A DNA stretch of 51,578 nucleotides from Candidatus Ozemobacteraceae bacterium (GCA_035373905.1 DAOSOK010000013.1:1-51578); one strand, 5' to 3'; positions 26,711 through 36,235 are shown, numbered from the stretch's first letter. Notes: a model not told the origin generated them from the letters alone. Made by a program: numbers and translations.

Positions 26711-27583
26711 GTGCCAGGAACAAATGCCGATATACCGAACGGCGGAGTTACTCATCGGGTTGAAACTCCCGGCTTGATCTTCGATCTGCTACCGATCGAA
26801 AAGGTCGCACCCAACCCGAAGCAGCCCCGCAAGATCTTTGACCGCACCACCCTTGAAGAGCTTGCCCAGTCGATCCGTGCGAACGGCGTTCTCCAGCCGA
26901 TTCTCGTCAGACGCTGGGGCGACGGGTATCAGATCATCTCCGGCGAGCGGCGGTATCAGGCCTGCAAGATCGCCGGCCTGACGCAGATTCCCGCCGTCCT
27001 CCGCGACATGAACGAACAGCAGACCCTCCTTGCTGGCCTGATCGAAAACATCCAGCGGGAAGACCTGAATCCCGTAGAAGAGGCGGCGACGCTCCGGCAG
27101 ATTATCCTGGAGTTCGGGTTGACGCACGACGAACTGGCCCGGCGGCTCGGAAGAAGCCGTTCCGCCCTCACGAACCGCCTGCGGCTGCTCTCGCTCCCGG
27201 GTCACGTCCAGCAACTCATCGCGAGCGGAAAGATCTCCGCCGGCCACGCCAAGATGCTGGCAGGGCTCCGCGATCACAGCGAGGTCCAGGCCTGGGTCGA
27301 CCGGATTCTTACCAAGAGCCTCTCGGTATACGAAACGGAAAAGGAACTGGCCGATGCGAAGCCGTCCGGAAACGGGCACCCGGGAAACAGGTCTCGAGCT
27401 TCGGCACCCCGGAAGCAGGCCGGCGATATCCATGTCCGCCAGGTCGAATCACGCATCCAGGAACTGCTCGGCGCCAAGGTACACATCCGGCAGGGCCGCG
27501 CCAAAAGCCGGATCGAGATAGAATTCTATAGCAATGAAGATTTGGAACGAGTCGTAGACATGCTGCTGACCCTTCGCCAGTAA
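26711..27583 (+). CDS. parB: ParB/Spo0J-family partition protein, full length with ParB-box, HTH and C-terminal dimerisation regions; there is no adjacent canonical ParA.
   Basis: LQPILVRR...YQIISGERRYQACKIAGLTQIPAVLRDMNEQQTLLAGLIENIQREDLNPVEEA. Candidate TTGACA-N17-TAGGTT about 60 nt upstream. Confidence 0.85.
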   Translation: MPGTNADIPNGGVTHRVETPGLIFDLLPIEKVAPNPKQPRKIFDRTTLEELAQSIRANGVLQPILVRRWGDGYQIISGERRYQACKIAGLTQIPAVLRDMNEQQTLLAGLIENIQREDLNPVEEAATLRQIILEFGLTHDELARRLGRSRSALTNRLRLLSLPGHVQQLIASGKISAGHAKMLAGLRDHSEVQAWVDRILTKSLSVYETEKELADAKPSGNGHPGNRSRASAPRKQAGDIHVRQVESRIQELLGAKVHIRQGRAKSRIEIEFYSNEDLERVVDMLLTLRQ

Positions 27584-27641
27584 CGGCGAGGAGAGGGCGG
27601 CGAAACCCTGAACTTCGACCGTAAGAAGGGAAACGAGTTCG

Positions 27642-28529
27642 GTGTATATAAAATTCTGGGGTGTCAGAGGATCCGTTCCCGTTCCCGGGAAAGATACGAT
27701 CCGCTATGGCGGAAACACGACCTGTATTGAGATTCGCACGAATGAAGGCCAGCTGATCATCGTCGATGCCGGGACGGGCATCCGTCTTCTCGGTCTCGAG
27801 CTTCTCAAGGGTGATTTCGGCAAGGGGAAGGGCGTCGCGCACATTCTCTTCACCCACTCCCACTGGGATCACATCCAAGGTTTTCCCTTCTTTCCGCCCG
27901 CGTATATCGGCTCGCGCGACGCGTCCGGCGCCCGCGTCGACGGCTCATGCAACACGCTTCATCTGTACGGCGCATCGGACGTCGACGATCGCCTCGAAGC
28001 GACGCTGCGCGGCCAGATGGAACACTTCTACTTCCCGGTCGATCTCAACACCCTGAGCGCCAAACTCACCTTCAATCCCATGCAGGGAAAGCCGATCGAT
28101 ATCGGCGCGGCGCAGATTTCATCCCGCCGTCTCATTCACCCGAACGGCGTGCTCGGGTATCGCATCCAGGACGGCGACAGCAGCGTCGTCGTGGCGACGG
28201 ACTGCGAACATCCGTCGGACGGCTCGATCGATGCGAATCTTCTCGAACTTGCCACCGGAGCCGACCTCCTGATTTACGACGCACAATATACCCCCGAGGA
28301 ATACAACCCCGCGGCCCACGGAAGCCGCGGCCCGAGCAAAATCGGCTGGGGTCATTCGACGATGGTCGAAGGCGCGAAGCTCGCAAAGACCGCCGGCGTG
28401 AAGCACTTGGTTCTCACTCATCACGATCCCCTTCACAACGATGTCGCGATCGATGCGATCGAGAAGCGTGCCAAATCCGAGTTTCCGTCTTCCCAGGCGG
28501 CGTTTGAGGGGCTCGTCATTCAGATCTGA
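27642..28529 (+). CDS. MBL-fold metallo-hydrolase (PhnP/YycJ/RNase-Z-like).
   Basis: HxHxDH motif ILFTHSHWDHIQGF; downstream ATDCEH and LTHHD metal ligands. Confidence 0.75.
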   Translation: MYIKFWGVRGSVPVPGKDTIRYGGNTTCIEIRTNEGQLIIVDAGTGIRLLGLELLKGDFGKGKGVAHILFTHSHWDHIQGFPFFPPAYIGSRDASGARVDGSCNTLHLYGASDVDDRLEATLRGQMEHFYFPVDLNTLSAKLTFNPMQGKPIDIGAAQISSRRLIHPNGVLGYRIQDGDSSVVVATDCEHPSDGSIDANLLELATGADLLIYDAQYTPEEYNPAAHGSRGPSKIGWGHSTMVEGAKLAKTAGVKHLVLTHHDPLHNDVAIDAIEKRAKSEFPSSQAAFEGLVIQI

Positions 28530-28586
28530 TTCTTCCCGGTACCCCCTGTTTCACGACGAACCGGGGTGTGCTACTATTGGGGCGAC

Positions 28587-31500
28587 ATGGGCAGCACCCC
28601 GTTCCTCACACCCGTTTTCCTTTTCGGCTCGATTCGCGGCGGTTCAGGCAAATCGAGCATCGTCGCCCATCTCTCGGTTTACCTCCAGTCGAAAAGCCGA
28701 CGAGTCGCGGTCATCGACGCCAATGCCCCGTTTCCGAACCTTTTCCGCAGCGTTCTCCCCCGTTCCGTCTCACTCGAATGCTACACTGACCTGACGGACC
28801 TGGTGGTCGAGGGGTCGTCGCGGTTCAGACGCACATTCGTTTTCACCGCCACGGACAAGATTTCGTATTTTCCCGCGTTCAAGCTGAAAGACCCGGTGCG
28901 CCTGCTGTCGGATGCTTCCCTCCGCGACTTTTTCCTCCAGCTCCGATCGCACTTCGACGTCGTGCTGATCAACCTGCCGCCCGGCTGCGACAATTTCGTC
29001 GTCGCCGAGACATTCCTGCAGAGACGCGGGAACGATGCGGGGGCACCGGCCGCCGTCCTGGTCACGACGACCGACGTGCGAAGCCTGGCGTTGCTGGACT
29101 CGATGCTCAGGTCCCGGCCGGCGTTGTTTCATTTCGCGCGCGAACGGCTCATGTTCGTCTACAACATGCTTCCGCGCGGCATCGAAGATACGACGATCGA
29201 ACGGGCGCGCCTCAACTGGAACGAGACCCGGCGGTTGTTCCGGCTTCCGATCTCTCTCGGCATATCGATGATCGACGAGTTCGAGGCGCAGGCGAAAGCC
29301 GCCTTGCCCCTCGTCACCCAGGAATCCTCGCTCATCCGGCAGACGATGGCGACCCTGTCAAGAACGCTGTCGGACGTCGCGGAGGGCCAATGGCAAGGAG
29401 ATCCCCCCAAAGGGGAGGCCGACGAGTTCGCCCCCTGTCTCGACAGCTTTCTCCTCGAGCGGCTGAACCGGCACATCGAGCCCCTGCAGAACATTCTCGC
29501 CCGCCGTCTCTGCACGCACGGAGCTATTATATCATCTTTTATAGAATCAAGCGCATCCGCCTACCGCTTTCGTCTTCGCCTTTCCGGCATCGGCCGCCGA
29601 AGCCTCCCGCCGATCCTCGACCTCCACTTCCCGGCCTTCAAGACCGAGCGCGGCGGAAGAATCCCTCCACGATTCACCCTCGATCCCGAATTCGCGCCGC
29701 CGCCGGAGTCCGCTCTCGAGCAGGAGGAACGGCCGTCCATTTCCGCGAAACCGCTGTATCATTTCGACGACCGGTTCGCTTCGAGATGCCGGTTCGATAT
29801 CTTTTCAGAAACTTCTTTTTCCTGGCTCGACGCCATGTCGGACAGGAACCCTGAATGGCGGGGCTACATCGCGCCCTCGGATCTTCCATCCCTTACCCGG
29901 CTTCTCGGGTTTCAGAAGAATCTGCGGAAGCAGGATGCGTTTCTCTTCCAGCGCATCGAGTTCGCTCCGGAGATCAGGCCCTCGCTGATCTCGACGGAGT
30001 TCAACCTCTGCACGTCGTTTTCCTGCCGCGCAGCTTTTCCATGGCTGTTTGACGACCGTCTCCGCGCCGCTCCGGCGAGCGTCGGCCACGTCGCGCTCGA
30101 CATCCCCTCGCGCGAGGCTCTCTCCGTCCCCGCCGGGCCGGATGCGTATCTCGAACTTCCGGGGTTCGTTCGAACGAACCTGGCGCTCATCGCCAGCATC
30201 GTCCCGAAGTCCGAAGACGAGGACCGCGTCACCCGCCAGATACGCGCCGGTATTCACCCGCGCCGAGAGCTGGCCCCCTCCGCCCCCCCGCAACCGCGCT
30301 CGTATCCGCCCGAAACGCGGGCATGTGCGACTCCGGAGCTCACCCCGTTCGAAGCCCGGCGGTCCTCCTTCGCTCTCAGACTTGGCGTTCTGCTGGCCGA
30401 CTTCTCGGCCCTCCCTCACGACACCTCCTTCCTGACCGACGAGATCTGCGCCGGGTTCGAGAAATTCCAGACCGACGCGGCTTTCCAGATACGCCTTCGC
30501 CGCCGGAAACGCCTTGCCTTTCCGTCGACGTCTCCGCTGCCGGGCGAACTCGCCCTCGGATCGATCCCGACTCCGTCCCGCAACCTCCCGATCGCTCCCG
30601 GCCTCGGCCTTTCCCTGCCCCAAACCTTCGGAATAGATTCCGACTCGATCCACGCGCGCGATTCGGCACCTCTCCCGGAATTCATCGGCCGCCTCTTTTT
30701 CGAACCATCGCTCCAACGCGCCGTTCCAATCCCCCCCCCTCCATTCCGCCTGCCACGCCGCTTCGGCATGGCCCCCTTCCTGATCGAACTGACTCTGCCG
30801 CGGATCGCCTGGGGAGACCTTCCCTACCGGGTCGCGGTTCAGGAGACCTCTTCCCGCCCCTCTCCGGCTTCGCTGGATTTCGCCGCCGGCCTCGAAATAT
30901 ACGATTATCTATTCAAACAAGGCATTTCCGGCATATCCCTGCTGAAGAGGCCTCCCAGCATTTCCGTGTTTTTCAAGCCGATGACCTGGTCGTTCAGGAA
31001 CCTCGAGTATGCTCCCGTCACGCGCCGCCCGTTCGACACCCGGAGCGTTTTCCCGGCTGCCTGGAGCCCGGGGAAAATCGCGCAGTATGCCGGTTTCCAG
31101 AGGCTCCAGTCCGGCTCATTCGCCGTCATCGACGTCGACTGCACCGACCACGTGAAACTGCTCAGGCTGCCTTTCCTCCAGCTTCTGGCGCCTTCCGCCC
31201 CCACGAACGCCGCATCATGGGTGTACGGAACCGTCGATGTCGCCCCCGTCCGCGATCCGGCCGTTCCTTCGGAATGCGAGTTCTGGAACCTCTACGAGCC
31301 GGACAACCAGTTTCCCCTTCCGGATTTCGGAAAGCGCCCGGGTCTCGTCTCGTCGGGGCCCATCGTCAGCACCGCAATGCCGCCCCTCTCCACCCCAAAC
31401 CCAGGGCTATGCATATTCGCGTTCGACATCCGCGAGTTCGCCCCTCCCGGGTATCAGCCTCCGGAAACCGCCATCAGCATTCTTTCGGAACCCTACACGA

Positions 31501-32195
31501 TCCTCACGACCCTCCCCTCCTGCCTCGAACCGGTTTCCCCGCGTCGACCACTCTCCATCGGCGAGCGCTGGCTCCTCGTCCGGGCGGCGGCGTGGAACGA
31601 TTCCGCAACGCGCATCCGGCTTCTCGAGCACATGCCGGCCCGATTGAAGTCCCCCACGCTCGACATCATCAAGCCGTATTCGCGGCCGGCTCTCCCTCTG
31701 CCGCCGGTCAGCCCCGAGCCGACCTGCGCCCAGCCTCCCATGCCCCCCAGAACGGATTTTCGGAAGCCATACAGGCACCCCGACCCCGCGATTCTTTTCA
31801 CGCCTGCTTCGCCGGGCCCGCTCCTCAAGAAAGTGTTCCCGCTCGAACTCCTGGCACGACGTTCGAAACTCCCCTACTCGATGGTATCCGGAATCGACAT
31901 GCTGTATGCCTGTCTCATGGATCGCGCCCGAAGATCCCTGTATGGGCCGATCGAGCACAGGCAAACAAAAATCGTCCAACCGCCCCGATTCTGGCGCGAC
32001 ACGCTCGCCGTCTCCAATCCGCCGAAGAAGGCTTCCGCCCACGATATTGACGTGTTCTTCTCCTGCCCCGACCGCATTCATGAGAAAATCGTCCGAAGGC
32101 AGGCGATCCTCGGCTCCCGCGTCACGGGGCTGCTGGAAGCCATCAAACTAACCCAGGCTTCGGTGGATCGCCTCTCTTCCAGCACCCCGTCATGA
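28587..32195 (+). CDS. Giant protein: an N-terminal MinD/ParA-superfamily deviant Walker-A ATPase of about 230 aa, fused to a Pro/Ser/Leu/Phe/Arg-rich region of about 950 aa with no recognisable domains.
   Basis: Deviant Walker A FGSIRGGSGKSSIVAHLSVYL...VAVIDAN. Walker B-like FDVVLINLPPGCDNF. A MinD-like VLVTTTDVRSLALLDSML segment. GC3 of about 80% in this frame over the whole length. The ORF is open from GTG 28566; the ATG at 28587 is preferred. Confidence 0.7.
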   Translation: MGSTPFLTPVFLFGSIRGGSGKSSIVAHLSVYLQSKSRRVAVIDANAPFPNLFRSVLPRSVSLECYTDLTDLVVEGSSRFRRTFVFTATDKISYFPAFKLKDPVRLLSDASLRDFFLQLRSHFDVVLINLPPGCDNFVVAETFLQRRGNDAGAPAAVLVTTTDVRSLALLDSMLRSRPALFHFARERLMFVYNMLPRGIEDTTIERARLNWNETRRLFRLPISLGISMIDEFEAQAKAALPLVTQESSLIRQTMATLSRTLSDVAEGQWQGDPPKGEADEFAPCLDSFLLERLNRHIEPLQNILARRLCTHGAIISSFIESSASAYRFRLRLSGIGRRSLPPILDLHFPAFKTERGGRIPPRFTLDPEFAPPPESALEQEERPSISAKPLYHFDDRFASRCRFDIFSETSFSWLDAMSDRNPEWRGYIAPSDLPSLTRLLGFQKNLRKQDAFLFQRIEFAPEIRPSLISTEFNLCTSFSCRAAFPWLFDDRLRAAPASVGHVALDIPSREALSVPAGPDAYLELPGFVRTNLALIASIVPKSEDEDRVTRQIRAGIHPRRELAPSAPPQPRSYPPETRACATPELTPFEARRSSFALRLGVLLADFSALPHDTSFLTDEICAGFEKFQTDAAFQIRLRRRKRLAFPSTSPLPGELALGSIPTPSRNLPIAPGLGLSLPQTFGIDSDSIHARDSAPLPEFIGRLFFEPSLQRAVPIPPPPFRLPRRFGMAPFLIELTLPRIAWGDLPYRVAVQETSSRPSPASLDFAAGLEIYDYLFKQGISGISLLKRPPSISVFFKPMTWSFRNLEYAPVTRRPFDTRSVFPAAWSPGKIAQYAGFQRLQSGSFAVIDVDCTDHVKLLRLPFLQLLAPSAPTNAASWVYGTVDVAPVRDPAVPSECEFWNLYEPDNQFPLPDFGKRPGLVSSGPIVSTAMPPLSTPNPGLCIFAFDIREFAPPGYQPPETAISILSEPYTILTTLPSCLEPVSPRRPLSIGERWLLVRAAAWNDSATRIRLLEHMPARLKSPTLDIIKPYSRPALPLPPVSPEPTCAQPPMPPRTDFRKPYRHPDPAILFTPASPGPLLKKVFPLELLARRSKLPYSMVSGIDMLYACLMDRARRSLYGPIEHRQTKIVQPPRFWRDTLAVSNPPKKASAHDIDVFFSCPDRIHEKIVRRQAILGSRVTGLLEAIKLTQASVDRLSSSTPS

Positions 32196-35100
32196 GCCTG
32201 TCGCATCTCGGGAAATTTTCCGAACCCGTTTTCGACGCGGCTCTCCCGGCAAAGCCGACGATTTTCCCGGTCGCCCGCCGGGTCGTCAGCCACGCCGCAC
32301 GGTCGCTGTTCGCCGGAAAACTGCTGTTCCCCGTCGCCATTCCCGGGAAGGAAGGACAGCACTGTTTCGCCTCGGATCCCCGACGCCTTTTCCGCATGCC
32401 GCGCGTGAAACATTCCTCCGTTTCCGTTCTTCCGGCCGTCGTCTCGAGAACGAACCACACGTTCGCCCCGCCGCCTCACGCTCAGATCCAGCCCCGACAG
32501 CGACTCGACTTCTCTCCATGCAAACTTCCGCCTCGCCCCGAGCTGCGGCCCCGCGCCCCCGCCTCAATCGGCGCACCGGTCCTCTCTCTCGCGGAAGCGT
32601 GCGCGCAGCCGTCCATCCGCCTCTCCCGGCCTCCCGTGAAGAACCTCAGGGAGCCGCTGTATTTCCAGAAATGCCTCATCTCCCGCTTCGAGATTTCCCG
32701 TCTTCGCCGGATGGCGCAGGCATCCGACTGGCAGTCCGTCTCGAAACCGCCTGCGGATCTCGTTCCTGCGTCGCCCCTGCCGGAACCATGGAATTGGTTC
32801 GCTCTTTCGGCGCGGGGCCGGGCCGACCGTTCATCAGTCATGACACGCCCCCTGCAGGCCGGTCCTCTCGATCCTCCCCGGCCCCGGCTTCTCTACCCGA
32901 CCGCAACGCGAAGGCCGTCCCTCATGCCCCCCCTCTGGAAATTCCTTGCGCACGGCCGGCACGCCGTTTCCGCCTGGCGGCCTGTCTGCCGTCTGCCGAC
33001 CGGGCCTCTCTCCATCCTGTCGTTGCAGAGGCGGCTTCCTTTCGCGGAGCTCCTTCCCGAAGGTCCTCCCCCGGCACCGATAGACAGGGATGTATATCTA
33101 TCTATATATATTTCGGACGCTCTTTCCATCCGGCCCCATTCTTTCATCGCGGAATTTTCTCACGGCCGAAGCCGGGTTCGGCCGGCGGCCCACTCCGGCA
33201 TCGCTCCGGTTTTTCATCCCGACGCTCGCCTCGCCGCCCCGACCGCCCACTCGGGAACCGTGACGGAGATCATCACGAATATCGCCCGCGCACGTCTTGC
33301 CGACATCCGGGGTGTTCCGCCGGCCCGACTGGCCAGGAAATGGCCTCACGCCGTCTTCCGACCGCTTCGGCAACTTTTGTTCCGCAAGCCGTTTGCGAAG
33401 CGCTTCGATTTCCCCCCCCCTGAACCACCCGGATTCAACGTCATCGCGCCCAGATCATTCGCTTCTCTCCGCCCCGTCAGCGGAGATCTCCGCGCGGCAA
33501 TGAAGAATGAACCAGACGCCGCCAGAGCGAAGCCCGCCGAGCGGCGCTCCCGCAGTTCGTTCAGCCATTCTCCGATGGAGCGTTTCCTGGCGAAGACCGG
33601 ACTTCATCTTCCCGACGCCCGCGTGTCCGATCTCCGCATCTCCGCCATTCAGCCGGCTCCCGTGATGTGCCCCGGCGGCGCGACCCGCAAGGGCGTCAGA
33701 CAAGCGCTCGGCATGCCCGAACGCCGTGCCGTCGCCGAAAAGGCCCTGTTCACTCCGAGAGAAAAGCAGCGCACGACGTTCAGGACATCGGCCGTTCCCG
33801 CGCAACCCAACGTTCACGCTTCAGAACTTCGCGTTCCCGTTCCCGCCATGCAGGTGCTGTGCCTGACCGCCGCTCCTCGCGGCCCCAGGCCTCTTGCGCT
33901 TCCCAGACGCCTCCCGCCCGCCGGCGAGCCTGAACGCATGCTCAGACTCATCGCCTCGCTTCCCCGCAGAGCCCATTCGACAAGGCATTACCTGCTGACG
34001 CTCGAATCGAACCTCATGCCCTGGAAGCAACGTTCACAGCCCCGACGCACCCGGGTCGCCCTGCCCAGAGAGCTCCTGGTTCCTCGCTCGCCCTCCTTCG
34101 CCAGGGAAGTCATGCTCCCCCAGGATTTCCAAGCGGTTTCACCCGCCTCGAAACGCGCCTTTCTCACCACGGGCATCAGCACGGCCTTTCTCTCTCTCCG
34201 CGAAGCCGCCCTGCCGGCTTCCCTCCGCATCGCGCACGACCGGCCCCGCCTTTCACCGACGCCATCGCCACCCCCGACGTCCGTTGCAGGGGCCCGGTTT
34301 CTCGACGCCCCCGAATGGATTCGCCCCGCCCGCCAGCCCAGAATGAAAATCCGTTACTGGCCCACATTCTATGAACTCTCGCCCACGACGCCGGCCGTCG
34401 GCATGCGGCTTTCGGAACTCGGCCGCGCCGCCCTGCCGCCGGCCCCGGCGTCACGAGCGATCGCATCCCTCGCCGGCGTCTTCGGCATCAGACGGCGCGA
34501 TCGCCCCCGCGGCCCGTACAGCATGCGACAGCCGAAACGCTGGCTTTTGAAGACGAACGCGGCCGCGATCGGCGTTCCCGACGTCTGCCTCCACGAAATG
34601 GCTCTTCCAACGACCTCCCCGTCGAGACTCGACTCGGGCGAGCGTCACCCGCCCGCCTTCATGGGCCCGGCGTTCCGCGCCCCCTGGACGTCGGTCGTCA
34701 TCAGACCGGAGGAGCTCCGTCAGTTCGTTGCGGAACCCGCGGCCCCCCCGCCCCCCGAGCGGCTCCCGCACTGCAGGGCCACGACACGGCCGGCCACCGA
34801 GCCCGCCCTCTCGTTCCAGGAGGCGCCGATGCCCCGCGTCATTACGACCGCGAGACTTTCCCCTCTGTCTCCTCCCGGAGAGACGTTCGTCATCAGCTTC
34901 GGCCCCCAATCCTTCAGACCGGTCGGCCCCGCCGTATCCGGCGCTCGATGCGAACCGCCCGGTGAAGTCCGGCTCGACTCCCTGCGAATCATCGAACCGT
35001 TCGTCGAACTCCGGCCGGATCTTTTCGCCGACGAGTTCGGGGAACCGGCGGCAGGCGGCGGCTTCTTCATCCGCGACCTTCTCTGCGATCTCATCGTCGT

Positions 35101-36235
35101 CCGCGGCGATCACTATGCACGCTGGCGAAGCCTTTTTTTCCCGTACAAGCCCGACGTTCGAGGCCTCGGCGACGTATCCGACGCTCCGCTCGAGCCGACG
35201 CCCGAATCCTTCATGCAAACCCTGCTCGACGGAATGGGACCGCTCGAACTCGCTCCCGGCATTCTCGCCATGCGGCGGGAGCATGAGGAGCCTCCGACGG
35301 TAAGAGACGAAAAAGTACCTTTCCCGTTTGCTCCGGGACATCTCCGCGCCGAACCCTTCAGCAGACTTCCCGTCCTCTTGTCAGACGTCTTCGGATTCGA
35401 CATCCTCGAGGCTCCGGCCGCGCCGGCCGAGGAATGGGATTTTTCGACATCGATGTATGTGCCGTTCATCCCGGCTCCCCTGCCGAACATCCTACCGCGT
35501 GAGGACGGCCTCGCAGCCGCCTCGTCTCCGTTCCCTCAATCTTTTTCGGAGCCGGTTCCGTCCGTTTCCTGGCCCCGCCGGCATCCCGCGGTATCCGAAG
35601 CATTCCCGTCGCTCGAACAGCCCGGCAATCATGCGATCATCATCGCCGGTCGATGGAACCGCAAACTTCCCGTCGACGGCGGGTTCCGTGTGCGCCACTC
35701 GATATCATCCCCAACGCTGTTTTCCGGCGTTCACCGGCTGGAACTGCCTGCTCTTCCCCCAGAGGCTTTCCAGGCCTTGCACATCGTCGATCTCGCACCG
35801 GCCACAATCGTCTGTCACACGTTGCTGAATCCCGTTGCATCGCCTGCGGCGCGACTGGCGACTCCAGCGTCTTCCGGTCCAAGCATTCCGTCGGACACGG
35901 TTTCGGCATCTCGCACGGCCGTCCTTCCGTTCGCGCGGCCGTTGCTCCATTTGCCTGCCGGGCGGTACAGGCAGCACGAGGTTTCGGGAGTTGGCGCAGG
36001 CAGACGGATTTCCTTCCGGAAACAGGAGTTCGGCTTCGCCCTTTCCCCCATCGGCGTCTTTCCTTCGCTGGCCCTGCCGATGCTCGAACGAAAGGAGCGG
36101 CGGTGTTCCTCGAAGTTCAAAATCTCCATTCCCGGAAAGGCAGCCGTTCATCCGGCCGCGATTCCCGACTGGGTGGAGCTGTCGTCCGCACGACCGGCGT
36201 GCAGACCTCCGGCCGGCCTACAAACACCTACATGA
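32192..36235 (+). CDS. Second giant (1347-aa) Pro/Ala/Arg/Ser/Leu/Phe-rich protein with no recognisable domain; its start overlaps the stop of the preceding gene (ATGA).
   Basis: A 4-kb uninterrupted frame with coding-type third-position GC bias. Its composition matches the tail of the preceding protein. The antisense ORFs across it are Arg/Gly-rich GC-shadow ORFs. Confidence 0.65.
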   Translation: MSLSHLGKFSEPVFDAALPAKPTIFPVARRVVSHAARSLFAGKLLFPVAIPGKEGQHCFASDPRRLFRMPRVKHSSVSVLPAVVSRTNHTFAPPPHAQIQPRQRLDFSPCKLPPRPELRPRAPASIGAPVLSLAEACAQPSIRLSRPPVKNLREPLYFQKCLISRFEISRLRRMAQASDWQSVSKPPADLVPASPLPEPWNWFALSARGRADRSSVMTRPLQAGPLDPPRPRLLYPTATRRPSLMPPLWKFLAHGRHAVSAWRPVCRLPTGPLSILSLQRRLPFAELLPEGPPPAPIDRDVYLSIYISDALSIRPHSFIAEFSHGRSRVRPAAHSGIAPVFHPDARLAAPTAHSGTVTEIITNIARARLADIRGVPPARLARKWPHAVFRPLRQLLFRKPFAKRFDFPPPEPPGFNVIAPRSFASLRPVSGDLRAAMKNEPDAARAKPAERRSRSSFSHSPMERFLAKTGLHLPDARVSDLRISAIQPAPVMCPGGATRKGVRQALGMPERRAVAEKALFTPREKQRTTFRTSAVPAQPNVHASELRVPVPAMQVLCLTAAPRGPRPLALPRRLPPAGEPERMLRLIASLPRRAHSTRHYLLTLESNLMPWKQRSQPRRTRVALPRELLVPRSPSFAREVMLPQDFQAVSPASKRAFLTTGISTAFLSLREAALPASLRIAHDRPRLSPTPSPPPTSVAGARFLDAPEWIRPARQPRMKIRYWPTFYELSPTTPAVGMRLSELGRAALPPAPASRAIASLAGVFGIRRRDRPRGPYSMRQPKRWLLKTNAAAIGVPDVCLHEMALPTTSPSRLDSGERHPPAFMGPAFRAPWTSVVIRPEELRQFVAEPAAPPPPERLPHCRATTRPATEPALSFQEAPMPRVITTARLSPLSPPGETFVISFGPQSFRPVGPAVSGARCEPPGEVRLDSLRIIEPFVELRPDLFADEFGEPAAGGGFFIRDLLCDLIVVRGDHYARWRSLFFPYKPDVRGLGDVSDAPLEPTPESFMQTLLDGMGPLELAPGILAMRREHEEPPTVRDEKVPFPFAPGHLRAEPFSRLPVLLSDVFGFDILEAPAAPAEEWDFSTSMYVPFIPAPLPNILPREDGLAAASSPFPQSFSEPVPSVSWPRRHPAVSEAFPSLEQPGNHAIIIAGRWNRKLPVDGGFRVRHSISSPTLFSGVHRLELPALPPEAFQALHIVDLAPATIVCHTLLNPVASPAARLATPASSGPSIPSDTVSASRTAVLPFARPLLHLPAGRYRQHEVSGVGAGRRISFRKQEFGFALSPIGVFPSLALPMLERKERRCSSKFKISIPGKAAVHPAAIPDWVELSSARPACRPPAGLQTPT

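Noticed and set aside
31135-31155. A parS-like half site (CCACGTGAAAC) inside giant gene 1, and another half (TGTTTCACG) at about 28547.
   Set aside because: Only 9-10 of 16 matches to tGTTtCAcGTGAAAca, not palindromic. Such half sites are expected by chance in 51 kb.
29805-35341. Minus-strand ORFs (303, 224, 296 aa) inside the giant genes.
   Set aside because: Arg/Gly-dominated translations (RRRR, GGG runs) typical of the purine-rich complement of a pyrimidine-rich coding strand. GC3 supports the + frames.
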